Below, one piece after another: positions 52,417-63,076 of a DNA stretch of 64,000 nucleotides. A program made the position numbers and the translations under genes. Numbering within the stretch: position 1 is the stretch's first letter; every line of letters begins with the position of its first letter. A model generated the notes under the pieces. The model saw only the letters and a list, made by a program, of their open reading frames with translations. It did no database searches and was not told the origin of the DNA. Source of the DNA: an uncultured archaeon (GTDB taxonomy: Archaea; Asgardarchaeota; Lokiarchaeia; Sigyniarchaeales; SOKP01); NCBI GenBank assembly GCA_964486045.1, contig CAZALK010000002.1, positions 96,001 through 160,000 of the forward strand, written 5' to 3'.

Positions 52417-52481
52417 CTAAATAACATCCTTTTTTTCTAAATATATAAAGATTTTTTTTTTTAATATAATATAATTCAAAT

Positions 52482-53795
52482 TTAAATTAAAATTCCATAA
52501 AGATTAGACCCTTCCACTTTCTCTATTTTTACATTTACCAATGCTCCATGTTCACCATTGTATCGATCTATGAGTATATTTTTATAAGCGAAATTTCTAC
52601 CAAACACTTGGGATTTCTCACTCCCATCATGTAAAACCAATACTTCACCTTGCCAACCTTTCCATTTAATATTTGCGTGATCTAAACTATTCCTGAAAAT
52701 ATTTGATAATCTTTTTGATCTCTCTTTTATTATTTTTCCATCAATTTGTTTCATTTGTTTTGCTTCAGTTCCTGGGCGAGGAGTAAATTTTGAGATGTTT
52801 AAGATTTCAGGTTTTAACCATTTTATAAAATTTATGGTTCTATAGAAGTCATACTCAGTTTCACCGGGAAATCCACAAATAATATCTGTTGAAATGGTAA
52901 GATGCTTAAACTCTTTTCTTAAGATGTCGATATTACTTACAATATCTGAAATTAAGTATCTTCTTTTCATTTTCATTAAGATTTTATTACTTCCAGACTG
53001 AATCGGGATATGTAAAAAGTGGTAAACTTTTGGTAATTTGTATATTGAAATTAAATGTTTGATCTTATCAATTAAAAAACTTGGATTTATCATCCCTATT
53101 CTTAAAAAGAAATCAAAATCTAGGTTTACGATTTGTTTTACTAAATCTGATAATTGTATTCCATTATATTGGTAGATGCTACAATCTTGAGATGTAAAGT
53201 AAATCTGTTTAATCCCTTGGTGTAATTGATGTTCTACATTTTTAGTAATATTTTCTGGGTCATAACAGTTCAATTTTCCTCTTGCTTGTTTGACACAACA
53301 ATATGTACAAGCCCCCAAACAACCTTCTGATATTGGAATAATTCCTGTAATTTTCCTTACTGGGTGATTTATTAAAATTTCAGATTTATCAATTGAATCC
53401 TCTGACCTAAAAATAAGATTTTTGTTCCCAAGTTTAATTTTATCAAAAATAGAGGGGATTTCTCTAAAATTGTCTAGATCAATTATAGCAGAAAATGAAG
53501 GTATAATTTTTTTTATTACGTCAATATAATTAGGAGTAATATGAGGTAAACAACCCGCAATGATTATAAATTTGTCTTTATAATTTCGGTAAAATTCATG
53601 TAGGTTTTTCAGACGCTCCTTTATTTTATTTTCAGTTTGTTCTTTGACAGCACAAGTGTTTATTATTAAAAATTGAGCATCTTCCAGTTCGACTTGGGAA
53701 TACCCTGAATTTCTTAAGATATTTGCAATTATATAAGAATCAGCTTTATTTGAAGTACAGCCGTAGGTTTCAATATAAAAAGAATTCTCTGGCAA
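52482..53795 (-). CDS. Radical-SAM tRNA t6A methylthiotransferase (archaeal MtaB/CDKAL1 type)
   Basis: YGCTSN, INTCAVK, GCLGACTYC, HIPIQSGS and DIICGFPGET motifs, plus a TRAM tail. Confidence 0.9.
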   Translation of the reverse strand: MPENSFYIETYGCTSNKADSYIIANILRNSGYSQVELEDAQFLIINTCAVKEQTENKIKERLKNLHEFYRNYKDKFIIIAGCLPHITPNYIDVIKKIIPSFSAIIDLDNFREIPSIFDKIKLGNKNLIFRSEDSIDKSEILINHPVRKITGIIPISEGCLGACTYCCVKQARGKLNCYDPENITKNVEHQLHQGIKQIYFTSQDCSIYQYNGIQLSDLVKQIVNLDFDFFLRIGMINPSFLIDKIKHLISIYKLPKVYHFLHIPIQSGSNKILMKMKRRYLISDIVSNIDILRKEFKHLTISTDIICGFPGETEYDFYRTINFIKWLKPEILNISKFTPRPGTEAKQMKQIDGKIIKERSKRLSNIFRNSLDHANIKWKGWQGEVLVLHDGSEKSQVFGRNFAYKNILIDRYNGEHGALVNVKIEKVEGSNLYGILI

Positions 53796-53923
53796 ATTTA
53801 ATTCATTTAAAAAGTATATAATAATTTATTAGAGGAACTTGCTTATTAGGTAATAAAAACACTTTTTAATTAAAATAGTCTTATATTACGAAACACATAT
53901 TAATCATTTAGAGTTGGGTAGGG

Positions 53924-54361
53924 ATGTCAACTAAAATTAAATACATGTATTGTAATGTGTGTAAGAATGAAGTAGAAGACCCCAGTAAAAAACCACTTAC
54001 CAGAACGCAAATGACAATTTGGATTATCATTATCATAGCTACAATTGGTTTAGCTGCTATTGTTTTGGCAATTTACTATTCCACAAGGCCGAAAGATTAT
54101 TGTCCTGAATGCCACACTAAATTGGTCAAATCCGATAAACCATTCGAAAAACCAAAGAAGAAACCAGAAGAGATGACCTCAAAAGAAAAAGTACTTGATA
54201 AAGCAGGGATTGAAGAAGAGAAATCCAAAAAGAAAGCACCAAAAAAGAAACCCTCACAAGAGAAATCAGAGGAAGATGCTGAAATTATTTGCCCCTATTG
54301 TGGTGAAGAACTAAAGAAAAACTATCCTACTTGCCCATTTTGTCAATCTGTGTTAGATTAA
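53924..54361 (+). CDS. LITAF-like zinc-ribbon membrane protein with a second zinc ribbon
   Basis: CNVC-hydrophobic segment-CPEC; C-terminal CPYC..CPFC. Confidence 0.65.
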   Translation: MSTKIKYMYCNVCKNEVEDPSKKPLTRTQMTIWIIIIIATIGLAAIVLAIYYSTRPKDYCPECHTKLVKSDKPFEKPKKKPEEMTSKEKVLDKAGIEEEKSKKKAPKKKPSQEKSEEDAEIICPYCGEELKKNYPTCPFCQSVLD

Positions 54362-54503
54362 TTTTAAGAACATCACTTATCAAATAATAATTATTCACAC
54401 ATTAAAAATAATAAAAATATATAGTAGAATGACCAAATATAAAATTAAAGAATTTGAAAACTTAAATAATATAAAATTTAAAACATAAAAGTGAAATATA
54501 AAA

Positions 54504-55274
54504 ATGCCAAGAAGAAGTCGTAAAGCATCAGTTAGAGAACCTCAACCCTTAGATGCGTATAGTTCCTGGGATATTCGTTTCGCAAAACTTATCTACTATG
54601 GATTTATACTCGCATCAATAGTTCTTGTACTTGGAATTTGGACTCTGATACTCACCATAATCATCCCAATTGGGTTGTTCGAATTTTTCGCAGGACTCCA
54701 GTTAGGATTTCAGATTGCTATCATCGCTGGTATGATTACAGGACACTTGTTCTTATTAGTTCTTTTTTATACTCTTTTTCGCGGAGGTATGGTGCGGTTA
54801 TGTCAAACTTTATTTAAAGACCGACTTGTAGCAAAAAAATGGGAAGATTATTACGGACTTAGAATGCTTGTAGGCGTCTCTCTCATTGGTCTTTACATTA
54901 CAATACTAAGTCTTCTAATAGGTCTACTTCCAACTGTATTATTTGAATCTATTGGACATTTATTTTTATGGATGTTTAATTGGACGCAAGCAAAATATTG
55001 GTTCTTATGGGCTGGACTCATAATCCTTATAATAGTAGGAATAATATTCATCGGTTTGGCACTATGGAATAGAGGTGTTTTTTGGGTTCTTAGTCACGTG
55101 AAAGAAATAGAAGAAGAAATGGAGATCGAAGAAGAAATCAAAAAGGAAGCCATTAGAGACTCTGATGAGAGAACTCTTAGAGACATTTACAAAAAAGAAT
55201 CAGGACAGAAAGCAATCTATAAAGGTAAAGAAACTAAAGGTTATCAAGAGTGGAAACAGAAATTAGGGGCATAA
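54504..55274 (+). CDS. Multi-TM hypothetical membrane protein
   Basis: Four or five hydrophobic segments and a charged tail. Confidence 0.75.
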   Translation: MPRRSRKASVREPQPLDAYSSWDIRFAKLIYYGFILASIVLVLGIWTLILTIIIPIGLFEFFAGLQLGFQIAIIAGMITGHLFLLVLFYTLFRGGMVRLCQTLFKDRLVAKKWEDYYGLRMLVGVSLIGLYITILSLLIGLLPTVLFESIGHLFLWMFNWTQAKYWFLWAGLIILIIVGIIFIGLALWNRGVFWVLSHVKEIEEEMEIEEEIKKEAIRDSDERTLRDIYKKESGQKAIYKGKETKGYQEWKQKLGA

Positions 55275-55327
55275 AATAAAGAGTAATAAAAAATAAAATC
55301 ATAATTTTTTTTATATCTTATTTAAAT

Positions 55328-56233
55328 CTATTTTCTCATCATTCGAGGGTTCTTGAATAGATCTAATTCTTGTTTCGGAGGTTTATAATTTGAAGTTGCT
55401 GTTTTTTTCATCTTTTTATAGAGTCTTTTGACTAATTTTTCTGCGTCATGCATGAAATTACAAGCTATTGAAAATAAAGTCAAATATTTAACAAAGGTCT
55501 TATCCTTTGCATATACTTCATTATATATCTCGAGTTCAAAATTTTTTTTTACTCTTTGACCATCAATTCTAGCAATTTTTTCATCTCCAAGAAAAATATT
55601 GTAATTTCTTCCGGGTCCAATTACACCCTTACACCTGATCATCTGAAGTTTATCTCCTGCTTGTTCAGGAAGGAGGGGGAATGTCCATCGTGTTCCCATC
55701 AACCTAAATCCACGTACTACACGAACTAGATTAATATTACCAGGGATTTGCATAAAGAATACAGGAGCAGGAGATCTAATTTCAAAACTTTGGATTAATG
55801 AATGTGTAACACTTAATTCGATTCCTGCCTTGAAATTACCTCCTTTTTGGTTACCATCCATTCCTTCTTCCATGATTGTAAAATAACGGCAAATTAGCCT
55901 TCTTTCTTCAATAGGTTTTTCTTGCCAGTCATCCTTGTTAAAAGCGATTATAAATTTTTTCTTACCATCAATTTCAATTACACCCTCAATATCAAAGCTT
56001 TTGGAAAAATATCGTGTTTTAGCTTGATATTTGAGCTGTTGATGAATTCCCAGTTCTTCATCATGTAAGCGAGTACGCCAAAAATTAACTTTTACTTTTT
56101 TATATACAGCTTTTTTAGGTTTTGGAGGTGCTGTAGGTGCGGCAGCTTTCTTAGGGGCTTTTTTTACGGCTTTTTTCTTAACAGATTCTTTTTTAGTCTC
56201 TTTAGGTATTTCTTCTGATTTTTTTTTTGCCAT
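55328..56233 (-). CDS. Hypothetical protein with a Lys/Ala/Pro-rich N-terminus
   Basis: Long ORF with a low-complexity basic leader. Confidence 0.7.
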   Translation of the reverse strand: MAKKKSEEIPKETKKESVKKKAVKKAPKKAAAPTAPPKPKKAVYKKVKVNFWRTRLHDEELGIHQQLKYQAKTRYFSKSFDIEGVIEIDGKKKFIIAFNKDDWQEKPIEERRLICRYFTIMEEGMDGNQKGGNFKAGIELSVTHSLIQSFEIRSPAPVFFMQIPGNINLVRVVRGFRLMGTRWTFPLLPEQAGDKLQMIRCKGVIGPGRNYNIFLGDEKIARIDGQRVKKNFELEIYNEVYAKDKTFVKYLTLFSIACNFMHDAEKLVKRLYKKMKKTATSNYKPPKQELDLFKNPRMMRK

Positions 56234-56399
56234 AGATAATCATAACTTTTTACTTTTGATTTAAAATTTTACTTTTTTATAATTAACATTTCACTAGGAT
56301 ACTTAATAATTTTTATTCATTTTAAATTTGTTTACAATAAGTTTTATTAACAGAACCCGCAAAAAAAATAATAAAATTATTTGAAAGATATAAAAAAGA

Positions 56400-57479
56400 C
56401 TAAATTTCCTCTAATTCTGCATTTATTATCTTAAGGAGTTCAGGGGTGATTTGGCCTGGAAAATAAAAAGCTAAAATTTTCACTGTAGCGCGTAAAAAAT
56501 GACTTATTATAGGCAAATCAATTAAAAATTTAATATGTTTGCTAAGAATTGCTCTTGCTTTTGTATTTGCTAATAATTCGTCTATCTTAGAATCTACAGT
56601 CAATAGAGGTTTTCCTCTTATCAGATCGTCATTAAAACCTCGATCAATAGATCTACCTTGCACAAATGTCTTATTAAAGTTATACACTGCCTTAAAATCT
56701 ACTTTATCTATGAGATTATATGTTTTCATTGAAATAAATGACGATGTAACTTCAATAACCTTAAATTCAAATGGAGATTCAGGAAATGCTGAAACCGAGA
56801 TGAAGTGGACATTATTTTTTTCAATATGAGCATTAATATGTGTATGACCATGAAAAATTCCTCGAATTTGAGGTGATTTTCCAAGAAGTTCCATGAATTG
56901 GTTGGTTAATAATTGACCAGATTCAAAAAATGGAAAATGCAAACCTGTTTGACTAGAGGGAATACCTACAATCGAAGTATGGGTAGATAAAAAATGAATA
57001 GAATCAGGATATTCAATAAGTTTTTGATGCATGGTATCAAATTGATTAGGTAAGTAAAATGGGTTCAAACTTCTTTCCCAAAAATAGGGCTTATCTATTT
57101 CCCATTGATTAGGAATAACATGTATTAGAGTGTTGTCCGAGTGGATAGTGAAATTTGGACTTTTGTCTAAAAAAAATTCTGGAGCTTTTTTTAACCACAA
57201 TTCAAAACCGTTTTCAACAGTTAAATCATGATTTCCAAGACAAAGATACACAGGAACCGATAGATCAAAAAGTTTTCGAGCAAAATTAATGTCAGTAGCT
57301 GTATCATTTATCATGTCCCCACCATGGAGAATAAAGTCTACATCTCCTTCTTTTTTTATCCAATTATCCAAACAAAGTAAAATAGTCTTGATTCTATCTA
57401 CATAAGATTTCTGTTGAGTATAAGCCATATGACCAGCTCCACCGATATGTGTATCTGAGATAAATATGAATTTTGTCAT
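56400..57479 (-). CDS. Calcineurin-like metallophosphoesterase
   Basis: DTH, GGD, GNHD and GHTH motifs. Confidence 0.85.
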   Translation of the reverse strand: MTKFIFISDTHIGGAGHMAYTQQKSYVDRIKTILLCLDNWIKKEGDVDFILHGGDMINDTATDINFARKLFDLSVPVYLCLGNHDLTVENGFELWLKKAPEFFLDKSPNFTIHSDNTLIHVIPNQWEIDKPYFWERSLNPFYLPNQFDTMHQKLIEYPDSIHFLSTHTSIVGIPSSQTGLHFPFFESGQLLTNQFMELLGKSPQIRGIFHGHTHINAHIEKNNVHFISVSAFPESPFEFKVIEVTSSFISMKTYNLIDKVDFKAVYNFNKTFVQGRSIDRGFNDDLIRGKPLLTVDSKIDELLANTKARAILSKHIKFLIDLPIISHFLRATVKILAFYFPGQITPELLKIINAELEEI

Positions 57480-57619
57480 TTTTCTTACTTCTTTTTTTTA
57501 CGATTTCCTTTTCATTTTTGCTCTTTTATCTTATAGTCAAAAAATTTGATGTAGTTTTTAAAAAAAATTGTATTAAATTTAGAATTATTGTTATCTTAGG
57601 TTCAGATATAAGCTACTTA

Positions 57620-60600
57620 TCACTTATCAAAATTTACTTCACATTTCCCTTCAGCATCACAGAATTTACTTCCAATTTCACGATCTTTTGTCTCATCTAA
57701 ATTAAGAGGTGTAATTTTTTCTATCATTTCTTCATAATCTTCTTTAGTTATTTCTTCATAAGGAGCTTGTTTATATCCATGTTCTTTTATAGGTAGAAAA
57801 CTAGCACTTTTTAGTTTATCTTCATAGGCTTCAAGAACGTATTTAATCTGGTTTGCTTCTTCTTGTTTGAAAGTAATGGTTATTGATACTTGGTTATCTG
57901 ACCAATAATGTTGATAAGCTGCAGCATTTTCTGCTTGTTCCCAAATTGAAACGTCATTTTTGGAACGATCAAAAAATTTCTCATGAATTGGAAACTCAGC
58001 TACTACAGTATTTGGTGAATATGAGTCGTCTTCAATTTTGTAACCTGCATTTTTTATATTTGGGATCAAATCGGAATTTTTTGAAAGTCTGATTCTTCTA
58101 ATATAATATTCTGAATGGGGATAATGGATACCGGGAGGTACTCCGGGGAGTAAACTTACTGTGCCGCTAGGTTTAACAGTTGTGATTTTGACAGACTTTG
58201 GGATGCATAACCAATCTGAATATTGCTCATCTAACTCTCGTAAGTATTTATAAGCCTTATCACACCAATCTAGTATTTTTCTTTTACCATGCTTAACGAA
58301 TGCCTCAATTATACCAGTTTGCGAAATTCCCATCCTTCGATTTTTTAACATTACTGCGTTAGTTTCTTGCCAATGAGTGTTGACAAGCGTGACTGATTTT
58401 GAATATAAATAAGCGTATTTTAAAGTCTCTTGGAATTCTTCATAACTCTCATGACGTGATGGAAAAGTTTCAACCAGACACTGGTATGTAAGAACATTTC
58501 CAAAGATTCCCATATGGTTTATAGGTTCATTAAAACAGTATACTAATTGGAGTTCTTTTAATTTTTCGACTTTTATAATTTTTTGCTTACGAGTCCTATC
58601 AATCATTTTTCCTTCTGGATGGCGATTATTGATTGCATATCTTGGACCTATTCGCTTGGCTTTTTTAATTCTAGTAGAAATCTCCCCACATTCATATGAA
58701 GGAATATATAAACAATATATATTATAATTCCTAATACCATAATTTGTTTCTTCTCCAGCATCACCCGCAGAATACATAGTGGAATGATTGATCCCAATTC
58801 TGCGCAAGAGAATTTGAAGATCTCTAATTTTTTCTTCATTCCCAAAGATTCGATAATTGTCAGTATTTACTTGATGAAATAAATTTCCATCAGTCTCAAT
58901 TAATCCTGCTGTAAATTCAAGGATTGATTCTTGATCCCAACTAAAGATTATGTCAGGAAGACCTCGCGATTTATCGTTTAAATGTTCAGCTATTTTTGGA
59001 TCAATAACATCTTTAAGATTCAGTCGGTTATATGGTTCATTATATCCTTCTTTTATTTGTTCTTTATACCAAGTTCCCTTAACATCCAAATCCTTTAATT
59101 TTGATTTCTCTCCACATATGGAAACCATTGGATAAACTTTATCAATATACCCATCACCTGAAAAAAGTCCATATTCAAATGCATTTGGTTCATAAATCCC
59201 TCCATATTCTTTGTCAATTTCAAATGGTATAATATAATCTCCCAAATTAAGATCTTTTGTTTCAACAGAACGGAAAACTCGAGCTGTTGATGGACGAATA
59301 TGCCAATTATGATCTGAAGTGCAATCTAAATAAGATCCGTCTGAGATATACACACGGAAAATCTCTTTATCTTTAGCTGCGAGGAAAGGTTTAATTCTAG
59401 ACCATTGATCTCCATTCCAGATTTCTACTTCTTTATCAACTACATCTGCTATTCGAGGAGCTCCATTTATAGCTTGAATTCTTGTATCTCCTGTTACACA
59501 ACAGAGTTCGAAGGATTCTAATGTCTGTTCCCCGCAAGGATTAACTCCCGCTGCTTTTTTATCTTTGTAATCTGGATCGTCTCCCATTCTTGAGTAGGCT
59601 CTTGCATTTTCTAACCATAAGATTCCAGGTTCTCCATTCACGGCAATTTGATTTGCTATAAAGGAATAATCCAGACCCTTAACAGCAAACACAGAGTTGT
59701 TACTAGCCCATCTATGAGAATATAATGCTTCTTCATCTTGTTTACATGTTACAAAGTCTAAATCAGTAGGATCGCCTAAAGCAATCTCAGCACTTCTGCG
59801 TACATTTCCCGCAACCACACACTTGCCTATATAATTCATAATATCTACAATATCAACGGATGATATTATCTGCCCTATTCGTTTTTCGAGAATTTTCTGT
59901 ATATCTTCGAGCATCTCTTTCAATGGCGCTGGTCCAGAAGCGATACCCCCAAATCCTCTAATTGGAACCCCAGCTAGTCTAATCTTACTGAAATCTAATA
60001 TAGGTGCTTGCTTTCCTAAGAAATAGGCTTCGAGTATTAATTTTAATGCTTCTACCCACCCTTCTCGACTATCCGGGATTTCAAAATTGAATGTTCCTTC
60101 ACTTGGTTTCTTTATTTTTATTTTTCCTGCCCCTTTAGTATCAAATCCAACACCTACTCCTAACATCAAAGCATCCATAACAAATTCAAAGGCCTTCGAG
60201 TTTTTTAGATCAATATCTTCAGTAGATGCGAACCCACAATTATTTAAAGACATCGAACCGTGACGTGCAATAAATTCGGTACCCATCATCCATAATCCAC
60301 GACCAGGAGGGGATAGCTTAAAATTCCAAATCTTGTTAAACATAGTTTGAGCTGATTTCTGAGCTTTATCATCACTCCATGGTAGACTTAATTTTACACA
60401 ATGTTCCTTCTGGATTGAATAACAACCCTCCACTACTCTTCGGAGGGTCTCCCAGAATTCTTCTTTGCGGTTTTCTCCTTCAATTATCCTCGCATAAGTT
60501 CTTTTATAGGTAATATACCCAATAGGGCCCCAATCTGGCTGTTGACCTTTAAATGGATCTAAAAATAATTCATCTAGTTTGAATCCAACACTTTCCAAAT

Positions 60601-60892
60601 TTATAGCTCTTGCGAATAAATTTCGGTATTTATTCATTCCGCGTTGGGTTAATTCTACACAAACTAATTCACGAATATAGTTAGTAGTAATTTCTTTCAT
60701 CCCAAGCCCAATAATCGTTCTGATAACATCTTCAGCTACACTCTCAGAAATATTCCATTCTAGGCCTGTCTCTCGATTTAGTATTTTCGCAATACTATTT
60801 TCATCAAACTTTGTCTTCTCCCCTTTAGAATTAATCACATATTTAGGGTACAAATCTATTAACGAAAATGAGTTATCGGTCATGATATTCAT
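57620..60892 (-). CDS. nrdJ: Class II (B12-dependent) ribonucleoside-triphosphate reductase with an N-terminal ATP-cone-like domain and an intein
   Basis: YKRTYAR, PPGRGLW, NNC, AGNVRRSA, NPCGE and TTVKPSGTVS motifs; C-terminal C..C pair. Confidence 0.9.
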   Translation of the reverse strand: MNIMTDNSFSLIDLYPKYVINSKGEKTKFDENSIAKILNRETGLEWNISESVAEDVIRTIIGLGMKEITTNYIRELVCVELTQRGMNKYRNLFARAINLESVGFKLDELFLDPFKGQQPDWGPIGYITYKRTYARIIEGENRKEEFWETLRRVVEGCYSIQKEHCVKLSLPWSDDKAQKSAQTMFNKIWNFKLSPPGRGLWMMGTEFIARHGSMSLNNCGFASTEDIDLKNSKAFEFVMDALMLGVGVGFDTKGAGKIKIKKPSEGTFNFEIPDSREGWVEALKLILEAYFLGKQAPILDFSKIRLAGVPIRGFGGIASGPAPLKEMLEDIQKILEKRIGQIISSVDIVDIMNYIGKCVVAGNVRRSAEIALGDPTDLDFVTCKQDEEALYSHRWASNNSVFAVKGLDYSFIANQIAVNGEPGILWLENARAYSRMGDDPDYKDKKAAGVNPCGEQTLESFELCCVTGDTRIQAINGAPRIADVVDKEVEIWNGDQWSRIKPFLAAKDKEIFRVYISDGSYLDCTSDHNWHIRPSTARVFRSVETKDLNLGDYIIPFEIDKEYGGIYEPNAFEYGLFSGDGYIDKVYPMVSICGEKSKLKDLDVKGTWYKEQIKEGYNEPYNRLNLKDVIDPKIAEHLNDKSRGLPDIIFSWDQESILEFTAGLIETDGNLFHQVNTDNYRIFGNEEKIRDLQILLRRIGINHSTMYSAGDAGEETNYGIRNYNIYCLYIPSYECGEISTRIKKAKRIGPRYAINNRHPEGKMIDRTRKQKIIKVEKLKELQLVYCFNEPINHMGIFGNVLTYQCLVETFPSRHESYEEFQETLKYAYLYSKSVTLVNTHWQETNAVMLKNRRMGISQTGIIEAFVKHGKRKILDWCDKAYKYLRELDEQYSDWLCIPKSVKITTVKPSGTVSLLPGVPPGIHYPHSEYYIRRIRLSKNSDLIPNIKNAGYKIEDDSYSPNTVVAEFPIHEKFFDRSKNDVSIWEQAENAAAYQHYWSDNQVSITITFKQEEANQIKYVLEAYEDKLKSASFLPIKEHGYKQAPYEEITKEDYEEMIEKITPLNLDETKDREIGSKFCDAEGKCEVNFDK
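58481..59500 (-). mobile_element. 340-aa LAGLIDADG intein ending in Gln
   Basis: N-terminus CVTGDT; block B CTSDHNW; GLFSGDG and AGLIETDG; ends VYCF..NVLTYQ/C. Removal gives ESFELC-CLVETFP. Confidence 0.9.
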
Positions 60893-61470
60893 CCAATATT
60901 ATTTTTAAAATTAAGATAGTAATTTCATCGGCATAAATATTAATTAATTAAATTAATTGCCTTAACCGTACCTATAAATCAATTACTTCTTCTTATATAT
61001 AATTATTGCTATTTGTTATTAAACTATTGATTAAGTTCTTTACTTTTTAGTAATTCGTAATAATGCAAATCTATGAAATATACACAATTTTGTAAATAAA
61101 TCTTTAATGGTATTTTTCTAAAAGCTCTTAAATTTTTTTTTGTCGATAATTTTTGACAAGGATCTAATAATGTAGAATTACTCCTATTATTTAAACAAAA
61201 AATGTGATTAGAATTAATAAATTGTATATAAAAGTTTCTAAAGGAAGAGTGCAAGAGAAATCAAATACTTTTGTAGTTCTTCAAATGCACATATCGGACA
61301 AATTTTTTTATCAAAAAGCAATAAGAATATAACTAAGATTAATACCTTGAGACATTAATGGGAAAAATTTGGGGAAAGAAAAACATATCAGAAACGAATA
61401 AAAAGTTATTAGACTGTATAGCTATATTAATTATTAGTTAATTGTGAAATTGAAGATTTACCTCTAAATA

Positions 61471-61911
61471 ATGATGAAAAGGGAAAAGTTCCAGATTATA
61501 CCTACGGATGAACTAGAAAGGGTAATTAATAAGGTTTTAAACAATCAAAATGAAGTATTATTATGTTATTTATTCGGATCTTATGTTTTAGGTAATAAGA
61601 CTGAATTTAGTGATATAGATCTCGGAATTCTCTTAGATAGGGCATTTAAAAAACCATATTTATATCAAGTAAATTTGAGTTTGGAAATAGAAAAGGAATT
61701 TGGAAATAAAATAGAAATTGATTTATCTATTTTAAACAACGCCACACCTCGGTTTTTATATAACATTATTAAAAATGGATATGCTATTCATTCCAAGAAT
61801 AAAACAATACAGCAAGAGTTTGAAATAAAAGTTTCTTATGAATATTTAGATATAAAACCTATTTTAGATATGTATGACAAAATAACAGTCATGGATGTGC
61901 TTAAGGATTAA
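61471..61911 (+). CDS. mntA: MNT antitoxin (minimal nucleotidyltransferase)
   Basis: YLFGS..SDIDLG motif. Confidence 0.85.
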   Translation: MMKREKFQIIPTDELERVINKVLNNQNEVLLCYLFGSYVLGNKTEFSDIDLGILLDRAFKKPYLYQVNLSLEIEKEFGNKIEIDLSILNNATPRFLYNIIKNGYAIHSKNKTIQQEFEIKVSYEYLDIKPILDMYDKITVMDVLKD

Positions 61912-62377
61912 AATAAATCGGGACTTAATTTTAACTAGATTTAATAGATTCGACCAAATATTGGAAAATTTACTTGAACTTAGGCAAATAGGGAAAAAAG
62001 AATTTCTCACTAATTATAAAAATTATCTTACAGCACAGAGAGCCTTAGAAATTTGCATAAATATTTGTATAGATATTGGAAATCACATTGTATCTCTCAC
62101 AAATAAAGAAAAACCTGAAACATTTACGGATATTATCAAAATCTTAGCTAAACAGGAGGTTATAACCGATGAGCTAAAAACTCAATTTACGAAAATGGTG
62201 AGAATTCGTAATTTATTAGGGCATTTTTATTTAGAAATTGATAATGAAATGATTTACAGTATTTTACAAAACAATTTAAAAGATTTCACGTCGTTTAAAG
62301 AAGCGATAATAAAAGCATTTAAAGACGATTTAATTATAGATCAAACAAAAAAAACACCACTAAGCAATCAAGGGTGA
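61895..62377 (+). CDS. hepT: HEPN (DUF86) toxin
   Basis: RNLLGHFY RxxxxH motif. Confidence 0.85.
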   Translation: MCLRIKINRDLILTRFNRFDQILENLLELRQIGKKEFLTNYKNYLTAQRALEICINICIDIGNHIVSLTNKEKPETFTDIIKILAKQEVITDELKTQFTKMVRIRNLLGHFYLEIDNEMIYSILQNNLKDFTSFKEAIIKAFKDDLIIDQTKKTPLSNQG

Positions 62378-62497
62378 ATCCTTCTTCTAATAGTTTACCT
62401 TTTTTTACAATAACTTAAAAATAAAAAAAGAATTGAGAGTCTTTTGACTCCACTTTAATAGATTTTTTATATGTTGTTGTTGATAGATACCATAATT

Positions 62498-62776
62498 TCA
62501 TTCATCAAATTCATGTTCTAATAAAAAGACTTCAGGTGGACCTGTTGCTCCTGATTCTTGCCTTTTTGCTTGTAAATCGGGGTTTTCCATATATGCTTTA
62601 AACTTTTCTAAGCTTTTTAGCTCACTAAAAACATATATTTCATTTTTGTTCCCCAAAGCTGTGAATACTCGCAAATTTATTGCTCCAGCTTCTTTTCTAC
62701 CCTCACTATCCTCACTAAAACTCTTTTTCCAAACATCAAAATCTTTAACAACTGATTTAACTATCACAAAAGGCAT
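62498..62776 (-). CDS. Small dimeric alpha-beta barrel (cyclase/ABM-like) protein
   Basis: VKDFDVWK..F..R..AG pattern. Confidence 0.6.
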   Translation of the reverse strand: MPFVIVKSVVKDFDVWKKSFSEDSEGRKEAGAINLRVFTALGNKNEIYVFSELKSLEKFKAYMENPDLQAKRQESGATGPPEVFLLEHEFDE

Positions 62777-63076
62777 GCTAAATTACCATATTTTTCTTGA
62801 AAAGATATAGGAATTTTAAGAGATATCTTAATATTTAAATCTACCATTGTTAAAAAATAAAAAAAATTTGAAAAAGAGTATTTAAAATAACTTTTATACG
62901 ATGATTTTAAATACCTAGCAAGAAGTTGGTCAATCAAGAAAAATTTTGAACCAACATTAATGATTGCTAGGAATTATGGGCAAGACCAACAACAATTACA
63001 GGTTACACCAGACTCTTCACATATATCAGGTATTATAATGAATAAACTTAAGATCATGAGTACATTTCCAATCTAA

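Noticed and set aside
199-61254. Many short antisense or overlapping ORFs in the track (e.g. 2424-2690, 8446-8772, 21945-22352, 41934-42278, 47292-47681)
   Set aside because: They are shadows of well-supported genes on the other strand and carry no motifs.
61907-61911. Possible further ATT start for the HEPN gene, overlapping the mnt stop (ATTAA)
   Set aside because: An in-frame ATG lies 12 nt upstream, so the two cannot be distinguished.
62975-63040. Cys-rich minus-strand stub (IIPDICEESGVTCNCCWSCP*), possibly a ferredoxin remnant
   Set aside because: Too short and irregular to support without a search.
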